Source of the DNA: Spongospora subterranea f. sp. subterranea
Taxonomy: Eukaryota
Assembly (NCBI GenBank): GCA_049724395.1
Contig: JAUGWO010000128.1
Location: forward strand, 248,001-312,000
Direction of reading: 5' to 3'
DNA length: 64,000 bases
The notes beneath the pieces are model-generated. The model was not told where the DNA came from. It saw only the letters and a program-made list of their open reading frames with translations, and did no database searches. The position numbers and the translations under genes are program-made. Below, piece by piece: positions 40,201 through 50,779 of this stretch (position 1 is the first letter of the stretch; the number at the start of each line of letters is the position of its first letter).

Positions 40201-43200
40201 ACGATGAGCTGATCCCGTCGACGAGCCTAACAAGAACTAATGCTAGCTGAGGATCATTCATGTTCCTCAAACAAACTGTGACAGCGTCGCTTAATCGCTC
40301 AGCAAGTAAAAACATCGCAATTGCTGAAATGAACCTAAGCATTACTGGTGAACAAGACATTTTGCAATTGGTGCAGTTACCATACTTTCTGTTCGCCACG
40401 AACTCAAAAGCATTTTTGATTGCAGCTTGCTGCCTATACGAGGCAGGATTTATGAAAAGTGGTCAAAACGTCCAGACTCGGTATTACCAACGATCCTCTT
40501 TGAAGTTACGAGAAAAAAAATCGTACATTGGCCTTTGAGTGGGAGAAGATTTCAGTAGCCCTAAAAGCAATGTTTTTTTTTGCAACGCCAGATACCAAAT
40601 CATTACACCTAGGGGATTCCGGGTTTCTAAAAACTAAACAATCAAAGTCAGAGTACTGATCACAATAAAGTGGCTATAGCACCTGATTTTGTGCAAGGCG
40701 TTCCATTAACGGTCGCAAATCGGTCACGGAAGTTACCCAGTATCCTATTCCCAAAGCGCGAAGTGATGACCACTCAGAAATTGTCGTTGCCCAGCACAAA
40801 TTTATGAGGGCGTTTGTTGACTTGGAATGGACCGCCCAAGCGATATCGCAAGACGTGAGACAATTTTGTAGGGACTGACGCGCATGCTGTTCAAACTGAA
40901 ACAAACGCACGGCGATCAGGAAACGCGACCCGCACGTATCCACAGACAGGCGATCGTTCTTATGCTTAAGTATCGTATCAGCAAGGGCCAGTAGTTGAAT
41001 ATTTTCAGCAGCTGTAAGCAAAGGCATTGATTTTGTAGAAAGAAATTCAGTAAATTTCGTCACGACTGCATCATCGAGCGAGAAAACATCTAGTTCTTTG
41101 CCTAATAAGATAGACAGCGGAACTACCGGCATATTGTTTTCCTCGATTGTCGACCTGCAAGCTAGGCTGATTACAGCACTCGCAATTCCAGCATTGCCGA
41201 CCATCAAAAGCTCAGTAAGAAACGAAGGATGATATACAGGTATTGGCAGAATTGCACTTGGCGTTGCCTTGAAAAAAAAACGAGTGAGCAAGGCATCGAC
41301 GCCGAAACAAAAATACTAACTTTGGTTAATACAAGATTGTTTGGGATGACTGCAACTGTGTTCCCAATAGCAACAAATACATCGCCAGTGGGTGAAGTAG
41401 TAATTGCTGAAACGCGGCAATCACGATTACAGATATGGGATTCCAAGTCGAATCCAAAACTATCGCACTGCCAGCGAACAAATGCAAACTCATGTTGCCG
41501 AAGAATATGATCCCTATTTGGACTATGAAGGCTGATGATAACCTGTTTACACTCAATATCAACCCTTGCAGTTAGAATCCGTAAAAACCCATCACCCAAC
41601 GTGCAATGTGCACTGGGAAGAGACGCTTCACAAACGTGCATACAATTCAGATTGGAAACTTCGAAAATATTGCAGATTTCCCCTGAATTACTCACAATCC
41701 GTCCGCATTCTGCACTATAGAAAACAGACAAGACCCTTTGTGCCACCGAATGATAAACAATCGAGCTACGTTCAACGGTACATATCCCATTGGCATCGAC
41801 AAACAGCCTGGTATGAAAAATTCCACCGTTGTTGCCTCCTGATACTATGGCGATAACTCGATCGAAAGAAGCTGAATCTACACTTGAATTTTTTTTGCAT
41901 ACGTCAATATCAAAAGAACAGATAGGGCCGAAGTTTGACGGAATTTGAACCGAATGGAGCATGGATAGCGAAGAGAGATCATGAACTCGGTATAAATTGA
42001 TCGCCACATCAAACGCTGCAGCCAGAATTGTTATGCCAGTATCTCCAGTTTTTGTCGAACTTCCACAATATAGAACCTGAAGATTTAACAAAAGGGATTC
42101 TGCAGAAATAAAACCAATGTCTCGCTCCGTGTAGCTGAGCGAATTCGCCAGTACTGGTGACACCAAACGAATTGGAATCATGGCCGTTTCCGATGTACAA
42201 GCTATGAACAGGGTACACAATAACGGATGCCAAGAAAAATCGACAACGCTGCCTTTCACTACGTTGATTATCGCCATTACTTCGCTGCAAAACTGAATTT
42301 CAATATCGGCCAGGGGATGCGGTGGTATTAAGCGCCACAAACAACAAGTTCCTGCAACATCAAGAGACGCGGCAAGGGGAAACGAAGATGAACATTTTAT
42401 ACCGGAAATGATGTGCAAATGCCCACCACTAGATAAGATGTTAGAAGTGTTCTTGTCAGATAAAGATAAATAGCATGACCGAATTTCACCAGCTTTCCCA
42501 ACGGAAATCAAATCCACAAGTTCAGGATGGTCAGGACGTAAGAAATTGCGCTTTCCAGAAGGGGGATCCTCCCAAGAATAAGGTCTATTGAAAACAGAGG
42601 AACAGCACAAGAGATGCAATGAACCCAGTAAAAGATCGGGCATTGCTATTCGAAGTTGTTCGACAGCATATGTAGATGGGCGAGGTTTAATCCACAAGCC
42701 TTCAACAGCAAGAAAGACAAGATGACCAGAAAGTTCGTAGAGTAAAATCCATGCAAGTCTTTGACCGCCAGACTTGGATATTGAATTTATGCCGATGTCG
42801 TTAATAAAAGTGGCCCCTTGTAACTGACGACGCTTAAGAACAGGTAAAAATCGAGTACTTTCAATTTCGGCATATAAAATTGCAGTTTCGTTTTCGAACA
42901 CAAGAAGCAAATTACAGGGGTGCGGATTAGAGCTAAATTGCAGTTTCTTATAAGCTGTGCCGTTGCTTTTCAGATGCAATATACGTTGAATGCTCCCATC
43001 TGATTCGCGAAGAACACAAAGCTCTGATGTATCAGAAGAGTAGAACGCAAGGAATCGGTCATCGCATGAGAAAACCATTTCTGCGGAATGTACGACGTGC
43101 AGCAATTTTCTGGGTTCCTTTATCCCGATAGTATTTAGAGACCATATCCCTGATGCGGTCGAGATGATTACTCTGAAATCCGAGCCGAGAGCAACGGCGT

Positions 43201-43486
43201 CAACAGGCCCATTGCCGAGGAAAATTTCGGTGGTTTCAATAAATTTATCGGCCTCAAAAGAAAGCAACTTTCCGTAACCGGATGAGAGTGCAACAAGTAA
43301 GTGGCTTTCATTGCAGCAAAAACAGCTAATCTCGTTCGCGAATGAGAGTTGCTGAACGCATCCCAAGCGAGCTTGCCAAAGTATCAACGTTCTCGGTTGT
43401 TTACACGATATGACATAACGCGAACGGAACGGTTGACTGCCAAAAAACCTTTGCGGTAGTCCAAAGGAGCCCACAAATGCAGTCAT
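37243..43486 (-). CDS. DMXL: DMXL/Rabconnectin-3alpha/Rav1 (RAVE complex) WD40 protein
   Basis: N-terminal WD-like repeats; Rav1p_C motifs PVYHPSFLTELL, VDTCGSRFL, DIAWAVHS, WSSLRALGIGYW, AAIKNAF and FLLAERLSDAVTVCLRNMNDPQLALVLVRL; C-terminal WD40 repeats (AHQGKISCL...LLSGGTDGFLKLWD). Confidence 0.9.
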
Positions 43487-43604
43487 CGATTCAGGCAATG
43501 AGCGATCATCTGCCCGAACGTTGAAGGGTGATCAAACACGGACTAAACGTCTATGAGGGTGATGGGCCTATAAAGAGAGGAGCGGGCACTTTGAAATTTG
43601 TGTG

Positions 43605-43675
43605 CGTGAATCGTTACTGCCCTGTCAGCGTAAATCGTTACCGTCCTGTCAGCGTGAATCGTTACTGCCCTGTCA
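43605..43675. repeat. 24-bp tandem repeat (CGTGAATCGTTACTGCCCTGTCAG) x3, upstream of DMXL
   Basis: Units at 43605, 43629 and 43653 with few mismatches. Confidence 0.9.
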
Positions 43676-43819
43676 ATTGTTTATTTATTTGACAGGTCGA
43701 CCGTACATTGATACTGATGGACGGCGCGGCGAGTGGCAATCTGTTGGCAGGTTTCGTATTACACTAAGGCCTTGGAGAAATCAGCCTCCCGAGTATATAT
43801 TACAGTACATCCTTTTTCA

Positions 43820-44655
43820 TTAACACAGTTCGGCGATCCTCTTATGCAACTCGGCGGTTCCGTCAGAAGATGCAACCTCTTCGTCTGCGACAGTTCGCGA
43901 ACTTGTGGGCGCCTGTACTTTTCTGGTCTTGTCGGAGAGGATTTCGCTTAGAACATTGTCAACTTCTTCGTCGACTAGGTCTGAGTCATCGTTCATGTCT
44001 TCGATCTGCTCTGACACCATTTCGGATATAATTCCCGCCTAGACCATGCAAGTCAGCAGGTCGATAGCAACTTCTGTCGCCGAGTACCTTCTCCATTTCT
44101 TGAGCCATGGTTCTTACTAAAGAGGAGATTTTCGGTAAAGACATCAGCGCATTCACGCTCTGAAGGAGCTTCGCAGAAGCTTGCATTGCATTGACGACCT
44201 AGAGAAGTCGACTCGACATCAGAGGACCGACGTGCATTCAAGAATATAATGACCTTCAGAGAGCCTTGCTGCTCTTCTTTCAACTGCATCGCTGCCTGAT
44301 TGGCGAAAAATGTCAACACATCATTTGAAATGTGAAGGTCGCTACCGAGTTGAGATGCGATTTAGTCATATGCATGCGCTCGATTGATTTGTTTGACCTT
44401 GCAATCGCTTTCGCCATAATCTTTGCGCTGCTCAAATCCTTCTTTATCGCTGACTGCTTGATTTGTGCTTTCAATTTTTGTTGCTCACGTTCAATTTCTG
44501 AAATTTTATCAGTTCATTGCTGTTTACGAAAATTGAAGCATACATCAGGAATTACTTCGGATCTCAGAGTCTATTCCTCGCTGCTCTTTTTTTAGGACAG
44601 AAATCCACGTTTTAACTTGATCTTGTGGATCCGGGCGCTTGCCAAACAGACTCAT
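43820..44655 (-). CDS. VPS24: ESCRT-III subunit Vps24/CHMP3
   Basis: MSLFGKRPDPQDQVKTWISVLKKEQRGIDSEIR, AKIMAKAIARSNKSIERMHMTKSHLNS, MAQEMEK-AGIISEMV and DEEVDNVLSEI, with C-terminal MIM-like LHKRIAEL. Four introns. Confidence 0.9.
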
Positions 44656-44979
44656 ATTTGACGATCGATTTCGTGGCACTGTGCAACACAAAAAGGATCG
44701 GCCGCTCTTTTTTTCCAAACCGCACGGCCCTGGTTCAGCGATCGGTTGTGCTCCTTTTAACCCGGAACCCAAATCCTGTTTGATGCGGTGCCGGCGTGTA
44801 TAATTATTATAGGTTATGTCGCCTGGCGATAGTGGTACACCCCGACAGAGAGCGGTATCGAATCCTGCCTGGCTCCGCAGTTTGCGGCGATATTCTGTCA
44901 CCGCTGTTGCATACTCCATATTTTGTGTGATTTCCTTGCTGCTGTTGCACCTCATGGTTGGATTTACCTTCCAACGTCA

Positions 44980-46096
44980 ATGCATTTTTCAAACCACACC
45001 GCCGTATCGATACCAGTTGGATTAGCTGGCTTTCGGATTGACCAAATCCTAATTCGATGTTTCCCTTCCTTGCAACATTCGTTGATTTGCCGTTGGGTCA
45101 AGAATGGCCAAATCCGCGTCGATGGGCGTCAAATTAAGTCCATTAGGTCCAGAATTACCGAAGAGAATTCTAAAGTCGTTATACCGTTCACAGAGGCCGT
45201 CGCTGTTTATTCAAGAAATCCATTGTTTGCCGTTTTGTACCAAATGTCTATTCTCTCCCTTATATATATATAGGCCAAAAACAACCCGATCCAATGCAAT
45301 TAATATCAGTGAGATCGTAATTTATCGTGATCCACATATTATAGCTGTGAACAAACCTCCAGGATTATCAGTTCATGGTAAGGGCACATCGGGCAGCTTG
45401 ACCTTCTTTTCAAATCATGTGCAGGCGGATCCGGCGCCGCCAACGTCTTTAATGTGGATGCTTTTCTCTGGCAATTACATGCTGTCAACGAACCTCGACC
45501 AAAGCTTGTTCATCGCCTAGATCAGGAATGCAGTGGTGTGCTATTACTTGCCAGATCCCCAAGTATTGCCTCGCAATTGTCAGCAATGTTCTTTCAAGCG
45601 AAAATCGCCAAACATTATTTGGCTATCGTTGGAGGACCGTTGACGCCTTCTGTTTCATGGCATTCTCTTCGAACGGAAATGGTTAAAGCCAGATCGTTAC
45701 GCGACGGTTTTGAGAGGAGAGTTCCGATTCGGTTCACAAACGGCATCGAATCTCAGCCGTCATATAAGCAAGTACAAGGAAGCGCTCCCAGCATTTGCGA
45801 ATCAAAATGGCGCTGTTTGGCGTCTGAAAACAACGCTTCCCTACTAGAACTGACTCCAATAACTGGGCGGAAGCATCAACTTCGCGCGCATTGCGCCTTC
45901 GATTTAAAATATCCTATCTTGGGTGACAAAAAAGTTCAACGGCAAAAAATCATCTAGATTAATGCTGCATTCATGTTTTTTGAAATTCACACACCCAGTG
46001 CTGAAAGAGCAAGTTACGATTTGCGCTCCTGTTCCAAAAGAGTTTCATGCTGCGGTCAAAGGAAGCGAGTCAATAATCAACAACTATTTCAACTAA
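44980..46096 (+). CDS. RluA/RluC/RluD-family RNA pseudouridine synthase with S4 domain (one unexplained +1 frame break at 45928-45933)
   Basis: S4-like GFRIDQIL...KNGQIRVDG; AVNKPPGLSVHGG; catalytic LVHRLDQECSGVLL; PITGRKHQLRAH; PILGD. The terminal motif RLMLHSCFLKFTHP...APVPKEF lies in the +1 frame and ends at TAA 46094-46096. Confidence 0.9.
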
Positions 46097-46139
46097 GTAC
46101 GATGAATGATCTATAAATATTGTTCATTTACACAAACGC

Positions 46140-47443
46140 CTATGACATATTACTTTTCGGGCTTGACGAGGCGGTCTTGGCTTGATAAAGGATCTTGTTA
46201 ACTACAGGGAGAGGGATATCCTGCAACGCATATCAATGCCGAGCGTTTGATTGCAATGTTTTAGCGGAGTTGATACCCTGATTTCTTCAAAATCAACCAT
46301 ACTCCCATGCCGGGGCTTTTTTGACATTGAAACCGAGAATTTATCTGTTCTTTTCTGAGGAAGCATTCGGAATCAGAACATTGAAACGAACCAGTATATG
46401 TAAAACGGGACTGAAGGGGATTCGTCATGAACAGGTTTGCCGCGAAATAAAGAACGATCAGAAGGTATAAAGTGGAGCAAAATGTATGCGGGCACCGATA
46501 TTGCCCAATACCTATTAGTTGTCGGTGGGATTGAGCAAGCAAAGGAAACCCGTTTTTAACGGACCCTTACTTTGATGGATAGTAGTATACCCCTGCCTTA
46601 TGTAATAACCTTTCTGGGATAAACGCCCACAGTAAAAATAACACTGGGTGAGCAAGTAAATAACAAGATCCCGGCGCCAGATCAACCAAAGCATCTCACA
46701 GAATGATACGTACGACGCAATCCAGATAACGAATCCGGCCACCTCTCCTTTGGCATTCGGCACAGAGTCAACTGCGACAGCGACTGTTTCCAAGCGCGGC
46801 GCCCGTTCATAGTCATTCGTCGACGACGACATGGCGCTAGATCGATTGACGATGATTCTGTACAGTCCCGGACCAATCTCAACTACGGATGATTTTTTTG
46901 AGCAGGTTCTGGAGAGCCGATCGAGAGCGAACAAGAGACGATTTGACACGAGGACATATGCGTCTTCGAATGTCCCATTACTGACTGCTCCTACAAACAA
47001 TATTCGTATCTGCTATTTGCGCTACCTGGATGTTTTATCACCAGTCGATCTTCAAGATTCTGGTTGGTCAACGCCTGATGTTGATGCAACTCCAATTGTT
47101 TTACGGAAACGTCCACGTGTTTCGATAACGACACACGAAGAACCATCCGGTTTTGCCGCGAACAGTTGTTGATGTGAACCAGGTTGGCTCTCCATTCTTC
47201 TTGGAATTGCTGATGTTTATGCAGATACCCGAGAGGCTAGCGAAGCTTGATCACGCTGGAAAACAATAAATCAAACACAGAGGCTGATGAGAGTTGATTT
47301 GTTGTGCGAAATTCGCGATCGTGTTTGCTTCTCTGTCGCAAGACGTAGCTGAGTATTCTCACATCATGCGTGATTCGCTTCCCAACATCAACAAATCTTA
47401 CCAGTTTAGACATGGCTTGTTGCGAAAGTTCTAACGGTCTCAT
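46140..47443 (-). CDS. Hypothetical multi-exon protein
   Basis: Co-oriented ORF pieces (47237-47488, 46515-47000, 46261-46542) with intron-like interruptions and several Cys. No family recognised; boundaries approximate. Confidence 0.35.
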
Positions 47444-47479
47444 AGGTACTTGCTCCGTTTGTGATTGATGTCGATGAAT

Positions 47480-47760
47480 GTGCCTCACCGGTTCTGTATC
47501 TTGACAGCTACCGGTATCACATGATGACCTCTGGGTTCGAGGTGGAACATATTCCTGCCGGACGCACGAGTCACGCTCAGCCGGTGGACGTTGGAATCGC
47601 CAAGCCTCTCAAAGACAGGGTGAAAGCCAAGTGGAACGGATGGATGGTTGGTCAAGACTTCACCACTGCGATTAAGCCTCCATCAAGAGAGCTTGTGGCT
47701 CTTTTGGATGATCCAATCATTGAGCGATTTGCCAGAGCAACTGGTACGAAACCGTTGGGT
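47480..47760 (+). mobile_element. Truncated pogo/Tc1-like DDE_1 transposase relic
   Basis: VLYLDSYRYHM...IPAGRTSHAQPVDVGIAKPLKDRVKAKWNGWM matches the DDE_1 pattern LLxLDsfsaH...IPgGcTsxLQPLDVGVNKPFK...W. The N-terminal half is absent. Confidence 0.8.
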
Positions 47761-48698
47761 GCACGGGGATATGGCTTTTTTCTCAGAAGAAAAGCTGAAA
47801 TGATTTATTCACACTGAATTAATACCGCTCGACACATCCCCCCATTTCGAAGCCTGAGCTGACGAAGAACAGCTGGATAACGGGAGAAACCATCCATATT
47901 CTGAGAGTTTCTGAAAAAAACATGTCATGAAATGGTCACCTTCAAAAAAAAAAAAAATTTTAAAAGCTGGCTATCCTAGAGCTATGATTCGCTCAAACCT
48001 GAAATATAAATTCAGATATAGGAATTGGATGGTTGACCAAACAACCAAAAAAAGATGACATCTGGTACTGCATGGACACAACACACGAGAAGTGGAACTT
48101 TACTCAAAACAGTTTTAAACACAAAATTGAAATACCACAATGTCAAAATCACAGCACATCAAGGTCGCACCTTATTGGACGCCAACCAGTCATTGCTCCA
48201 AGGAAGTCATCGAGGGCAATTCAAATGAAAGGCAAATCGCTAAGAAATGCGATACCTCAATATGGCTTCTGAGCGCGATCGGAAACTCAAATTAAAGAGA
48301 TTGCATAATATTCAACTTTCTCAGATTCAAACCAGAATTTTGCTTCTCGAGACTTGAAAAGATTGTTGACCTTGAAATACTCCCAAAAAACTAACGCGAA
48401 CAGATTACAGGGATAGATTCAATCACTGCAGCAACTGCAAATTCCTCATCGGGTAAAACACGCATTCATATCTACGATTGAGAAGAAACACTCGTTAAGT
48501 CGAAAACGGGACTTACAACGGGACGTCCTGACCTTTCAAACACGTCTCTTCTTCGCTCTCGATCTCTCCAGGAAATAATCCGTCTTTCAGTGGCCGTCTA
48601 GGTACGTTTTCGATCAAACGTTGGATAAACATCGAAGAACGTACCCAGCCGGCCACTGACAGATCTTCATTTTCCTCAGCTCGGACGTTGATGTTCCG

Positions 48699-48877
48699 CA
48701 ATCGTCGTGACCGTCGGAAATCGATAGAACGTCGACTAACACTTTGGCATGTTATCCCTTCTCACCGGCGGTGCATCGGTTCCCGTCCCCCAAACGATGA
48801 CAAGGGATATATCAAAGGTTAGAGCGTGTGTGTGTTCGAAAGAGTTTCGATCGGGTTTCGGACGGTCACGACGATTG
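48699..48877. repeat. Approximately 180-bp imperfect foldback (long inverted repeat), MITE-like or hairpin RNA
   Basis: CAATCGTCGTGACCGTC at 48699 pairs perfectly with GACGGTCACGACGATTG ending at 48877. An inner arm, CTAACACTTTGGCATGTTATCCCTTCTCA, pairs imperfectly with TGACAAGGGATATATCAAAGGTTAG. Confidence 0.8.
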
Positions 48878-50779
48878 AGCAACGGAAAGGTTTGAGAGGG
48901 CGATATGAATCAAGCTGGTGCTGAGCCCAACACGATCATTGCCGCTTTGCGTCCGCGACATCCCGGGATATATAGATCTCCCAGGACGTCGACAACATCG
49001 TCAAGTGAATCAGGAAGCATCACTCTACCGATAACACGGTTTGGCAACCCTTCCGATCTGCGTCAACGGGACACTTGAACGAGCGACACGCACGATCAGA
49101 TCGCGAAAGAATACAGAGAACAGTCCAAGATGGCGAGAACAACGATCGGATTCCCGCGGGGCGGATTATCCAGGATGGGCAAAACGTGGCACAACTGATG
49201 CAGGATATTGGTGGCGTTCAAATCAGGGACTCGGAATCATTTCGACTGAGCGTCGTCTGTGAATAATAATTCCATGTCGTTGGCAGGTTGTGCCCGGCGA
49301 GCATTGTTGGGGAGGGAACAACCCGATTTCCAGGGACCAGCACGAGTGGTCAGCGGAAATCGTGAAAGAACATGGTTGAGCTATCGACTGCTTGTTGAAG
49401 TTTCTCATTGCGAAAACGAGTTCTATAGAAATGTACTGGGCGGACCGTCAAGTTCCACCAGAACCTGATAACGACGTTGGATTTGATTTTAGAGTCCACC
49501 CCTCAGTCAACATAAAATCCTGGGCACGCCTTCATTATCCGTTTGGACCTCTTCGATGAACCATCCGCCTCGCTGGATTTCGGCACGCGTAGCGACGATA
49601 ACGGGTTGGCCACAGAGAAATATATACGATTGCAGTGAACAGATGTCATTGCCCATAGCCAAGGTCCTCGACCACCGTCTCTATTCCCTTGGCCAGATCG
49701 CCCTTCGTATCCCCAATAACCTCAACACCTGTGTGTAGACTCGTGACTCCTAACGCCGCCATCATCGCAACCCTCGTCGATATCGCCATCGCCGCCACCG
49801 CCGTCCGAGTACCTTGCGAATACGCCAACCAGTTCCGGTCTTCATCATCGGCGTGCGATTCTCCACCGCCCTCGAAACTTCAATCCCATTTCCGCACATG
49901 ATGACGAGGTCTGGCAGCGTGACAGAACATGTTGTGGGACGATGAAGGTGGACATGATTAGTGAGGCGACATCAGTCGAGGTCGGTGACAGTAAATCATC
50001 AACTTAAGGAATGCGCTTGTCATCTCTGCGGGAAGACTGACCGGGATGAGAACCTGGAGGCGCAAGAGCTGGCCAGACCGCCGTCTAGTGTGTCGATCGA
50101 CAACAGAGGATGACCTCCATCTCTCCCTCTCGAACAGTGGTTGTCGTATTGTGGATATTCGGCCGCTGTTGGCACATGGACATCTGGCGTATAAATAATG
50201 ACATCACCAGACACAATCGGTGGGACAAACGGGGATCATCGTCCCAGTTACGAACGGGTATTGGTTTGTCACCATCACGGGGCGTCATCAATCCCACAAT
50301 ACGTTGACGTTTAATCTCGAGCGGTGGACCCCGATTGACGGATATCGATCCTTGAGTTATCCCGGTGTTGCCACAATACCCGAAATGGGGCTCAGGAAAT
50401 ATTCAGGTGTAGATAGGTTTATTTGGGGGAAGTATCCATGAACGATGCGATGGTGCTCGTAATGCGATATCCGTTTTTTGTTTAGAAACGATTCTGTGTT
50501 CGGGTTAATCTGGTAGAGAGAAGCAGTCGTGAACCATTTTTTGACTCAAAATTACTGTATGATTCTTCTTGTATTTTTCGCAAGTTCCATTCATTGTGCC
50601 AATGCAGTTGACCAGCCGTAGCCAACCCAAGTGTCAAACGTGGGGCAAAAGGGGCTGTGAACTCGCGGACTCCGTCACGGAACCCGTATCGGCCTGGCGA
50701 TAATTCCCATTTACCACATAGGGGAAGGCAGCTGGAGAGAGGAATGCCGCTCGTGAATGGGCGCCCCAACCGGTCGTTA

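Noticed and set aside
41204..41330. Frame change at a long T run in DMXL
   Set aside because: The run is the polypyrimidine tract of a GTTAGT...TTTCAAG intron.
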